Positions 42,327 to 50,959 of a stretch of DNA of 64,000 bases are shown one piece after another. Position 1 is the stretch's first letter; each line of letters starts with the position of its first letter. The stretch is from Candidatus Delongbacteria bacterium (lineage in GTDB: Bacteria; CAIWAD01): the NCBI GenBank assembly GCA_963663545.1, contig OY760505.1, forward strand, positions 3,424,001-3,488,000, in the 5' to 3' direction. The notes beneath the pieces were generated by a model. That model had not been told where the DNA came from, made no database searches, and worked only from the letters and a program-made list of their open reading frames with translations. Made by a program: the position numbers and the translations under genes.

Positions 42327-43202
42327 TTGCCGAAACCCCGTCCGCTTTCTCCCGGATGGCTTGAGCAGCAGGCCGCTCGCACGCCCTTGTTGTTTCTGGT
42401 GCTGGCCGCTTTGCTTTGGAGCACGGGTGGCGTTCTGATCAAGTCCGTAACCCTTTCGGGAGCCGCCATCGCTGGCTGGCGCAGCCTGTTTGCAGCGCTC
42501 TTTCTGCTTGCTGTGTCACGTCGGCTCAGACCAAAGGCCGATGTGTATCACTGGTTGGGAGCGTTGGCCTACGCTCTCAATATCAACTGTCTGGTACTGG
42601 CCACAACCAGAACAACGGCTGCCAACGCCATCTTTCTGCAATACAGCGCACCGATCTACGTTGCCCTACTGGGGCCCTGGTTGCTGAAGGAACACCTGCG
42701 GCGAAGCGATTTGCCCATTCTCATACTGGCCCTCAGCGGCCTGATTCTGCTGTTCCGCGATCAACTTGGACCCGGCGCGCTGTCTGGAAATCTGCTTGGC
42801 TTAGCCGCCGGAGTAAGCTTTGCGTTCACGATTCTGTTGCTGCGCCGCCAACGCGACGCCGATCCTGTCGGCATTGTGCTGTGGGGGAATTTGCTGGCGA
42901 CTCTGTTCTCGCTGCCGTGGATGTTGCAACAGTGGCCGGTCGGGCAGGATCTGGCATTGTTGCTGCTGTTGGGCGTAGTGCAGTTGGGCATTGCCTACTG
43001 GTTCTACGTGGCGGCCATCCGTCACACGCCAGCGCTTCCAGCGGTATTGACGGCTACCCTCGAGCCGGTCTGCAATCCGATTTGGGTCGCGCTTGTGTTG
43101 GGAGAGGTGCCTGGCTGGGCAGGATGGACGGGCGGTTCGATCGTTGTCTTGTCAGTGATCCTGAAGGCCTTGACGGGACGGACTCAGTCGTCATCCACCT
43201 GA
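42327..43202 (+). CDS. DMT/EamA family transporter
   Basis: About 10 TM; ANAIFLQYSAP; LEPVCNPIW. Confidence 0.9.
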   Translation: MPKPRPLSPGWLEQQAARTPLLFLVLAALLWSTGGVLIKSVTLSGAAIAGWRSLFAALFLLAVSRRLRPKADVYHWLGALAYALNINCLVLATTRTTAANAIFLQYSAPIYVALLGPWLLKEHLRRSDLPILILALSGLILLFRDQLGPGALSGNLLGLAAGVSFAFTILLLRRQRDADPVGIVLWGNLLATLFSLPWMLQQWPVGQDLALLLLLGVVQLGIAYWFYVAAIRHTPALPAVLTATLEPVCNPIWVALVLGEVPGWAGWTGGSIVVLSVILKALTGRTQSSST

Positions 43203-46200
43203 TCGGGGCGCACCAGCTCCGCCGATTGTCCAAGTCGCTTCAGCACTTGCCCGCGCAGCTCGCGTAGCTCGTCATCTTCGCGCGCCAGTGTATCACATTC
43301 ATTCAGCATGCTAAGTGCACCGGCCGGATCCTCGACGGCCAGGCTGCTGACCAGCTCCAGTAGCAGGCGCCTTTGGCGGGCAGCGAAATCGTCGCGCAGC
43401 GCCTCAAAAAAGACATCGTAGAGACCAGGGAAGGGCGTCTCCTCTCCCACCAGGTCAAGACACTGCATCAGGGCCAGCTTGGCTCGCAACAGCTCGCGTG
43501 CACGCAGGGCGGTTCTTGCGCGATCCAACATACGGTGTGCTTCCAGCAGATCAACGCGAATCAGGTCTTCATTGAGGCGCGGTGTATCACCGTCGGTTAG
43601 AATGGCGTCCTGACCCAGTTGTTCGCGCAAACGGTGAACGGCAATAGCCAGAATGTTGCGCGCGCGATCGACGCTTTCCTCGCCGGAAGCGATCTGACCA
43701 AATTCGCGCCGGTCGAGGGGACGCCGCAGCATGTCATTGCCTGCGAGCAGTCCCAACAGTGTACGAAGACGGTTTCCGCGTGGGCGTATCACAGGATGAC
43801 CAGGGATATGAATCTCGAAGCGTCCCAGAAGTCGTAATTCGATACGCTTGTCCTCTTCACGCTTCAGTCCAGGAAGATCATTGCGCAATCGCTGTAGCTT
43901 GCGAAGACTTAGCTCCGTTTCTTTCAATTGATCACGTGTATCACGGCTTAGATGCGGGCCAAAGTCTATCAGCAGGCATTGACTGATGGTTCCCAAACTG
44001 CGCTCGTTGCACCACAAAAGGGCGTCAAGAAGTGCTTGGCGGAACTCAGCCTGTAGTACTTCCATGATCCCCGAAGCCTGCAACAGCCTGGCCGTGCCAC
44101 GCAGCAGAACCAAGTGCTCCAGACGTAACACGGGACGTGCCAGAAGTTGAGCAAGAGCCGTTTTGCAAGCCGACTGGTTCTTCTTCAACCAATGCCCGAT
44201 GGCTTCCCGCAGGAGCTCATTTCCAGGCGGGCATTCCTGAGTCGGCAGGTCGACAGGAAGCAGCGCGCGTATCTTGTCTGCATCACCGCTGCCAGCTTCC
44301 AACGCAATCAGCTCCTTGATCCAGAATGTTTCCGGTGAGAGCATGGGCGGATCGCTCTCGACAAGAGTGTGTATCCAGGAAACGGCCCCCGTCAGAAGAG
44401 CTGCGGTAATTAGCGGCTGAAGCTGACCAATTCGGCGCGGCTCATCGCCTGTAACACGCCAGGTCGTACTGAGCGTCTCCCAGGCCGCTTCCACCTCTTG
44501 CGGTGTATCACCGACAAGAAAGCGTGCGCCCAGAAGCCAGCTTCCACAGACTCGGATGTTGCGTCTGAAACCGCGTCTTAGCCAGAGTTCCAGTGCGTGC
44601 TCCCATGTGTTGAGCAGCTCCGGTAACTCACCTAGACTGAAATGGTAGTGCAGGCGGATCCCCGGCAGCACGGCGTCTTCGGGACGTGAGAGCGCACAGA
44701 TGTGCTGGAATTGCTCGCGCCGCTCCGCAAGCTCGTCGGGAGTATCGAAAAGAGGAATCAAGGTGGAGCCCACACGCCAGGTGGCTTCGTCGCAGAAGGC
44801 TTTGTTGGCGCTGGCCGTCAGCGTGAGACGCAGTTGGTGATCCACCCAACGGCTCAGGCTTTCCCGGTACATGCCCCACGCCAGCAAACCCTGGTCGCCC
44901 AGATAGATCAGCCACGGCATTTCACTACGCAGCCCCGGATGTGCTTCCACCAGTGCCGAAATCTCGGCACGCAGTTGAACGCTCTTCGGGGCAGGTAGCT
45001 TGTGGACATGGCGGTTCATCTGCAGAAGCGCCGAGAGCTCGAGGCGACGGAATTCCGGCCCCTCGCCTGCGCGGACCATTTCCAGCGCCAGTTCCGCCAG
45101 CTGACCGAAGGCGGTAGTTCCCGCCTGGGTTTTCATCAGGTACAGCTTCTGCACCAGAGCAGCACAGCGGAGTCTGTGATACACGGTCGCATCAAAGCTC
45201 TTCTCGTTCGCTAGCAGCAGCGCCAGAAGTGCATCACAAACCAGCACGCCTTCGGCGTTGCGTGGCCCGCGCTCTAGTGCAACACATAGTTGAAGGCTCG
45301 CTTCATGAAAGCGTTGGAGTTCCCCTGGCGACAGGCCATTTGGAGGATAGGAAAGCAGTAATTTCCAGGGTGTTGTGTGATACACGGCTACAGAGCCATC
45401 GAGAAGAGGGACAAGACGTGCGGCCACAGTCACGGGAACGTGTGACAGATGGCAGGCTAGCAGAGCATGATTGAAAGCGAGGGATTGATCGTCACCCGGA
45501 ACAGCGCAAATTGGCTGCAGCAGACGGTCTCCCGGACGCAGCACACCACGCGCAAGCAGGAGTGCCAGCAAGCCGCGGCGCTCTTCACCCAGTAGCTCGA
45601 GAGCAGCGCGGCGTGAAAACTCGTAGCCCAGACAGGCCAGTTCGTGCAGCGCGGAGCGTTGCTCCTGATTCAGCTCCTGCAGGAGAAGATCCACTTGGCT
45701 GCTGACACTTGCGGATAGAACCTGTTCGAAACTACTGCTGCGCTTGTTCAGCGTATAGCGGTGGCCTCCAGCGTCGTAGACAATGGCCTTTGCTTTCAGC
45801 AGATCTCGCAAGACCAGTTTTAGCGTACCGGGATGGCCGACGCAGTGCCGGTGCAGGCTCTCGCAAACGGCATCGTCCGGCAGGTTGCTAAAAAGGCCTT
45901 TCCAGATTTCGCGCACAGCGGCTTCGTGCAAGGGGCCCAGGTGCAGGTCGTCCACCTTGGTGTCGGAAAGCACGGAACGCAATCGCGGCATGAAGCTACG
46001 GCCAGCCAGCACCATGGAGCAGGCCTCGGCGCGTAGTTGATCCAGCATTTGCAGCAGAAATTGCAGCTCGTCGCCATCGATGTTCTCGGCGCGATCCAGC
46101 AGCAGAAGCGTAGGCCGCAGGCGCAGCAATCGACGCAGCGCGGTCAGTGCTGAGTCGACGTTTGCCTCTGGCGGAGTCCGGCCCAGTAATCCGGGCAAGT

Positions 46201-46486
46201 GGACCAGCGCGCGCATCAGCCCTGTTGAGTTCAGCTCGCCGCCCAGGCTCAGTCGAATCACCGCGCCTTCACGATCCTCGACCAGCCGTGTTACTTGCTG
46301 AAGAAGGGAACTCTTGCCGCTACCCGCTTCGCCTTCGATCAGCAGACTGCGCCAGCCATGGCCGCCGGGCGTCTGCTGCCAGAATTGCAGCAGCTGCGCC
46401 AGTTCGCGCTGTCGACCGCAAAAGGGCAATGGCCCTCCTGTTCGCAGGTCCTCTAGTGCTTGACTGCTGTGTTGGTCGGTGATCAT
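43184..46486 (-). CDS. STAND-type AAA ATPase with helical repeats and C-terminal SARP-like wHTH/BTAD; probable regulator
   Basis: FCGRQREL, GEAGSGKS, LLLLDRAE; C-terminal IELRLLGRFEI...VHRLREQLG...RVDL. Confidence 0.72.
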   Translation of the reverse strand: MITDQHSSQALEDLRTGGPLPFCGRQRELAQLLQFWQQTPGGHGWRSLLIEGEAGSGKSSLLQQVTRLVEDREGAVIRLSLGGELNSTGLMRALVHLPGLLGRTPPEANVDSALTALRRLLRLRPTLLLLDRAENIDGDELQFLLQMLDQLRAEACSMVLAGRSFMPRLRSVLSDTKVDDLHLGPLHEAAVREIWKGLFSNLPDDAVCESLHRHCVGHPGTLKLVLRDLLKAKAIVYDAGGHRYTLNKRSSSFEQVLSASVSSQVDLLLQELNQEQRSALHELACLGYEFSRRAALELLGEERRGLLALLLARGVLRPGDRLLQPICAVPGDDQSLAFNHALLACHLSHVPVTVAARLVPLLDGSVAVYHTTPWKLLLSYPPNGLSPGELQRFHEASLQLCVALERGPRNAEGVLVCDALLALLLANEKSFDATVYHRLRCAALVQKLYLMKTQAGTTAFGQLAELALEMVRAGEGPEFRRLELSALLQMNRHVHKLPAPKSVQLRAEISALVEAHPGLRSEMPWLIYLGDQGLLAWGMYRESLSRWVDHQLRLTLTASANKAFCDEATWRVGSTLIPLFDTPDELAERREQFQHICALSRPEDAVLPGIRLHYHFSLGELPELLNTWEHALELWLRRGFRRNIRVCGSWLLGARFLVGDTPQEVEAAWETLSTTWRVTGDEPRRIGQLQPLITAALLTGAVSWIHTLVESDPPMLSPETFWIKELIALEAGSGDADKIRALLPVDLPTQECPPGNELLREAIGHWLKKNQSACKTALAQLLARPVLRLEHLVLLRGTARLLQASGIMEVLQAEFRQALLDALLWCNERSLGTISQCLLIDFGPHLSRDTRDQLKETELSLRKLQRLRNDLPGLKREEDKRIELRLLGRFEIHIPGHPVIRPRGNRLRTLLGLLAGNDMLRRPLDRREFGQIASGEESVDRARNILAIAVHRLREQLGQDAILTDGDTPRLNEDLIRVDLLEAHRMLDRARTALRARELLRAKLALMQCLDLVGEETPFPGLYDVFFEALRDDFAARQRRLLLELVSSLAVEDPAGALSMLNECDTLAREDDELRELRGQVLKRLGQSAELVRPDQVDDD

Positions 46487-46637
46487 GGGCGTCCGGGCTT
46501 GTCCATTGAAGGATACAAACTAGCACATTCAGAACGCAGCTTCAGCTCTGGAATTCCGCTATGATGAAGCTGTTGCGTCGGCTTGGCCGGACCCATGTGA
46601 AGCTGTCTGTACCTTGCGGATTCAGGGGTTGAGAAGT

Positions 46638-48260
46638 ATGTTGAACGGTTCGATAAATCCGGATATGCCAATGGTAACTCAGGGCCTGGAATTTCTCGCC
46701 CGCCCGTGTCAGTGTGACTGCTTTGAGCAGCAGGATCTGGCCTGTGCTTCCTTTCCAGACGAACCCGCGCTGATCTGCGACGGGCTTCGGCAGACTCACG
46801 CCCAGTTTCAGCAAAGCGTGCACAACAGCATGCGCTTACTGCAGCAGCAGGGAGTCGAGTCGGGCACACGTATTCTAATGCTAGTGACCAACCGTGCCGA
46901 GCAGGTCTGGCTGAGCCAGGCGGCTCTGCGTTTAGGCGGACTTCTGGCGGCACACGAGATTCGTATTCCCGCACCGCAGGCTGTTCTGCTGGCGCAGGAT
47001 TTTCAGCCGCAGTTGCTGATCTACGAAGACTGTGTTGCGGACAAGGTCCAGGAGATTCTGGCCGGGCTGAAACAGCAACCGCGCACGCTGGCCATCGGCA
47101 CTCACGATAGCGCTGATTTGTGTTACAGCCAAGCGCTTGAGGCACTTGCGGAAGATGAGGAGTGGACACCGCCCGCACGCGATATCGACGCGCCGGCCTG
47201 TGTCTTTTACCGCATGGACCGCGAGGATCACTGGCGTGGTGTGACACACAGCCTGCGCGGACTGAGCGACAATGCCCAGCAGACGCGCACGCTGTTCACC
47301 TTGAGCCGTGGTAGCCGTGTTTTGTGTCACATGCCTGTGGCCCATTACCTCTCGCTGGCTTCACTGGTGTTACCTGTGCTGAGTGCCGCTGGCTGTCTCG
47401 TGTTGATGGATCGCAGTGCCAACGATGATCAGGTGCTGGACGCTATCGAAGAGCACAACCCGCGTCTGATGATCCACTATCGACGCTATTACTGGCATCT
47501 CATGAACCAGGCCCGCGAGCGTGTGTCACAGGGGCGTGCTCTGGGGCAGGTGCGCTTTGCACTGGTCAGTGCCGATTCGCCGCAGCTTCCCTGGCGTGAT
47601 ACATGGGACGAGCTTTTCGGCGGTCATCTGCTCAGCGGCTTCGCCAGTTGGGTGGGGGGCGGATTTCTTGCGCTCAACCTGCCCTGGCTCTATTGGCGTG
47701 ACGATTATGTGGGCAAGCCGCTGCCGGGCGTCGACATGCAGATCGTCGACGAATCGGGCCATACACGGCCGACGGGACGCTGGGGCGAGATTGTCTTCCG
47801 CAGTCCGCGCATGGCCAGTGGCTGGGTCCGTGAAGATCCGGTGAATCCTGAAGTGTGGGAAGAAGGCTGGCTGCGCACGCAGCAAATGGCCTCGCTGGAC
47901 ACCGATGGCTACCTGACCCTGGCCGACGAGGTTTTCGATGTCATCTGGGTCAACGGCTTCAAGGTCAGTCCGCTGGAAATTGAAGAGCCCATGCTTCAGC
48001 TGCCGGGAATTCGCGAGGTGGTGGCGGTCAACGCCGCGCGTAACGATACTCCGGATCGCATTCAGGTCTTCGTGGTGCAGGACGACAACGCCTACACCGA
48101 GCAAAGCCTGCTGGATGAGCTGGTGCGGCTCTTTCCGCCCTACCTTTGCCCTGCACAAGTGAGCTTCATCGACGAGGTCCCGCTGGACGATGAGGGCTTC
48201 AAACTGCGCAAAGAATTGAAATTCAAATACCAAACGCCTCAATCCTGGAGGGCAAGTTGA
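46638..48260 (+). CDS. ANL-superfamily (acyl-CoA ligase fold) protein with degenerate catalytic motifs
   Basis: Fold motifs VGKPLPGVDMQIVD, GEIVFRSP, GFKVSPLEIE are kept; ATP-binding motifs are replaced. Confidence 0.8.
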   Translation: MLNGSINPDMPMVTQGLEFLARPCQCDCFEQQDLACASFPDEPALICDGLRQTHAQFQQSVHNSMRLLQQQGVESGTRILMLVTNRAEQVWLSQAALRLGGLLAAHEIRIPAPQAVLLAQDFQPQLLIYEDCVADKVQEILAGLKQQPRTLAIGTHDSADLCYSQALEALAEDEEWTPPARDIDAPACVFYRMDREDHWRGVTHSLRGLSDNAQQTRTLFTLSRGSRVLCHMPVAHYLSLASLVLPVLSAAGCLVLMDRSANDDQVLDAIEEHNPRLMIHYRRYYWHLMNQARERVSQGRALGQVRFALVSADSPQLPWRDTWDELFGGHLLSGFASWVGGGFLALNLPWLYWRDDYVGKPLPGVDMQIVDESGHTRPTGRWGEIVFRSPRMASGWVREDPVNPEVWEEGWLRTQQMASLDTDGYLTLADEVFDVIWVNGFKVSPLEIEEPMLQLPGIREVVAVNAARNDTPDRIQVFVVQDDNAYTEQSLLDELVRLFPPYLCPAQVSFIDEVPLDDEGFKLRKELKFKYQTPQSWRAS

Positions 48261-50326
48261 AGGTCCATACCGCGGACACGATCCGCAACATTGCGCTGGT
48301 GGGGCACGAATCCACCGGCAAGACCCTGTTCGCTGAAGCCGTCTCGATGATCGCCGGCAGTATCACGCGCATGGGCAGCATCGAGGGCAACAACACCCAG
48401 TCCGACTATTCCAACTTCGAGCACGACCGGCAGAAGTCGCTGTACGCCAGCTTGCTGCAGAATGAGTGGCAGGGTACGAAGTACAACATGATCGACGCTC
48501 CCGGTTTTTCGGATTTCATCGGTGAGACCAAGACCGCGCTGCACGTGGCGGATATCGCCATGGTGCTGGTCAGCCCCGTCAACGGCCCGGAAGTGATGAC
48601 CGAGCTGGTGATGGAGACGCTGGACGACAATCCGCGTCCCTGCCTTTTCGTCTTCAACGCGCTGGACAAGGATCACACGCGTCTGGACGAGCAGATGCAG
48701 GCGCTGAAGGACAGCTACAAGGGCGTCGCTCAGCTGCAGTATCCGCTGGAAGTGGGCGAGGGCTTCAAGCGCATCGTCGACATCCTCAAGCAGAAGGTGC
48801 TGGTCTTCGCCGAAGACGGCAGCTATAGCGAGGAAGATCTGGGTGCCGAGGCTGATACGGTCGAAGAAATGCGCATGGCGTTGGTGGAGACGGTGGCCGA
48901 GTCCGACGACGAGCTGATGGAAAAATTCCTGGAGGAGATGGAACTCTCCGATGAGGATTTCCAGCGCGGTTTGGCTTCTGGTATCGCCAGCGGCAGCATT
49001 CGTCCGGTTTTCGTGTCCGCGGCCCGCAAGCTGGTGGGTATCGGTCGTATTCTGGAAGTGCTGCGCGACGATTTCCCCGGTCCCGACAAGGCTGTCACCA
49101 TGCACCGGGTCAAGGGCGACGAGGTCACGCCGATGCCGGCTGACGCTGCTGGAAGCCCCGCGTTCTTCGTCTTCAAGACGGTCAACGAGCAGCACGTGGG
49201 CGAGCTGGTGTACTTCCGCGTCGCGCAGGGCAAGATCACCGTGGGTCTGGATCTGGTCAATCAGACGACCCTTTCCCCCGAGAAGATCGGCAGCCTCTTC
49301 AGCGTGGTCGGCAAGAACCGCTCCGACATCAGCGAGTTGGTGGCTGGCGATATGGGCTGCACCGTCAAGTTGCGTGATACCTGCACCAACCAGACGCTTT
49401 CCTTGAAGGGCAGCGACATCGTGGTGCAGCAGATCCAGTTCCCCGATCCCGTGATGCGCACCGCCATCAGCCCGGCCAAGGACGAGGACGAAGAGAAGAT
49501 GAGCACGGGCCTGATTCAGTTCCGTCGCGAAGATCCTTCCTTCCAGATTGCGCCTGATCCCGAGCTGGGACAGACCATTCTGTCCGGCCAGGGCGATCAG
49601 CAGCTCAAACTGCTGCTGGACAAGCTGCAGGCGCGCTTCGGTGTGCAGGTCAGCATGGAGAAGCCGCGTGTGCCGTATCGCGAGACCATTACCGGCAACA
49701 GTGACGTCAAGTATCGCCACAAAAAGCAGTCGGGCGGCGCTGGTCAGTTCGGCGAAGTCTGGGTTCGCTTTGCTCCCAACGAGCGTGGCGCCGGCTTCGA
49801 GTTCAAGAGCGAGGTCGTCGGCGGCAGCGTGACCGTTCCCTTCCAGCAGGCCACCGAGAAGGGTATGCTGCAGGTCATGAAGGAAGGCGTTATCGCCGGA
49901 TGCACGGTAGTCGACATGGTCGCCACCATCTATGACGGCAAGATGCACCCCGTGGACTCCAAGGAAATCGCTTTCCAGATCGCTGGCCGCGAAGCCTTCA
50001 AGCAGGGCTTCCGTGAGGCCAAGCCGATTCTGCTCGAGCCCATCTGGCACGTCGAAGTCAAGGTGCCCGATGAGTACATGGGCGATGTGATGGGCGACCT
50101 GAGTTCCCGTCGCGGCAAGATTCTGGGTATGGACGCCGCTGGCAAGTACCAGCTGATCAAGGCGCTGGTGCCGCTAGCCGAGCTCTACCAGTATTCCACC
50201 ACCCTGCGCTCCATGACTCAGGGGCGCGCGAGCCATCGCCGTCGCTTTGATCACTACGAGAAGTGTCCGCCCGATGTGCAGGCCAAGGTGATCGAGGAGT
50301 ATGAAGCTGAGCGTAACAAGGAGTAG
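48257..50326 (+). CDS. Elongation factor G-like protein (EF-G2 type)
   Basis: IRNIALVGH..TGKT, DAPGFSDF, KKQSGGAGQFG, MHPVDS, GDVMGDLSSRRG; TTG start overlaps the upstream TGA. Confidence 0.93.
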   Translation: MKVHTADTIRNIALVGHESTGKTLFAEAVSMIAGSITRMGSIEGNNTQSDYSNFEHDRQKSLYASLLQNEWQGTKYNMIDAPGFSDFIGETKTALHVADIAMVLVSPVNGPEVMTELVMETLDDNPRPCLFVFNALDKDHTRLDEQMQALKDSYKGVAQLQYPLEVGEGFKRIVDILKQKVLVFAEDGSYSEEDLGAEADTVEEMRMALVETVAESDDELMEKFLEEMELSDEDFQRGLASGIASGSIRPVFVSAARKLVGIGRILEVLRDDFPGPDKAVTMHRVKGDEVTPMPADAAGSPAFFVFKTVNEQHVGELVYFRVAQGKITVGLDLVNQTTLSPEKIGSLFSVVGKNRSDISELVAGDMGCTVKLRDTCTNQTLSLKGSDIVVQQIQFPDPVMRTAISPAKDEDEEKMSTGLIQFRREDPSFQIAPDPELGQTILSGQGDQQLKLLLDKLQARFGVQVSMEKPRVPYRETITGNSDVKYRHKKQSGGAGQFGEVWVRFAPNERGAGFEFKSEVVGGSVTVPFQQATEKGMLQVMKEGVIAGCTVVDMVATIYDGKMHPVDSKEIAFQIAGREAFKQGFREAKPILLEPIWHVEVKVPDEYMGDVMGDLSSRRGKILGMDAAGKYQLIKALVPLAELYQYSTTLRSMTQGRASHRRRFDHYEKCPPDVQAKVIEEYEAERNKE

Positions 50327-50373
50327 TCCTTTCAGGGATGAAATGACGCACATCCTTTTGTTGTGACTCGTAT

Positions 50374-50410
50374 GAGCGGTCTACCTATCGGTGGGCCGCT
50401 CTTTTCTTTT
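50374..50410 (+). terminator. Terminator after the EF-G-like gene
   Basis: GAGCGGTCTACC-tatc-GGTGGGCCGCTC-TTTTCTTTT. Confidence 0.85.
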
Positions 50411-50454
50411 CGGTATCGCTGCCGACTCCTTCGGAGTCGGATCGGTATCGCTAT
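50410..50454 (-). repeat. REP-like palindromic element, copy 1
   Basis: Reverse complement ATAGCGATACCGATCCGAC-tccgaagga-GTCGGCAGCGATACCGA. Confidence 0.8.
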
Positions 50455-50490
50455 CGGAGTCGAAATCGGAGTATGACCTGTGATACATTC

Positions 50491-50518
50491 GAGCGGACGG
50501 AGGTCCGCTCTTTCTTTG
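50491..50518 (+). terminator. Second terminator-like hairpin
   Basis: GAGCGGAC-ggag-GTCCGCTC followed by a T-rich tail. Confidence 0.7.
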
Positions 50519-50894
50519 CCTACGCGCTTGATTGGCGAATTCTGAACAGAGGGGTCTGACACGTGTCAGAGCAGTGTCTGACCCCCACCTGGCACCTCGA
50601 GAGCGATTCCGTCCACACACGCTGACACTGCGCCACAATTTGCTACTTCGCCGTGCTCCGATTGCGACCCCGATGTAGATCACGATATCGATCTGTCGCG
50701 AAGCGGCGGATGCGATGTGTTCACGATTCGGCGTCTTGAACAAAGGAACGAGCCACTGCTGAAGCCGGTATAACCCACGCGACTGTGAAAAGGAATGGAC
50801 TAAGCCGCTGTAACTGCAATGAATGACACATAACTATAAATCAGAATCATGATTCATAATAAGAGATGATAACACCTTAGAAAAATTTCGCTTC

Positions 50895-50910
50895 TGGTAC
50901 GCATCTTGCA
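50895..50910 (+). promoter_or_regulatory. Sigma54 (-24/-12) promoter of the FGE-repeat gene
   Basis: TGGTACGCATCTTGCA = GG-N10-GC, about 50 bp before ATG 50960, with AT-rich DNA upstream. Confidence 0.7.
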
Positions 50911-50959
50911 TTAGCAACCACATCACGTTACAGCAAGAACTCTACAATGGGAGAGAATC

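Noticed and set aside
48239..50050. Long antisense ORFs (603 aa opposite EF-G2, and similar ones opposite metK, mutL, flgI)
   Set aside because: Expected shadows of GC-rich codon bias; no recognisable motifs
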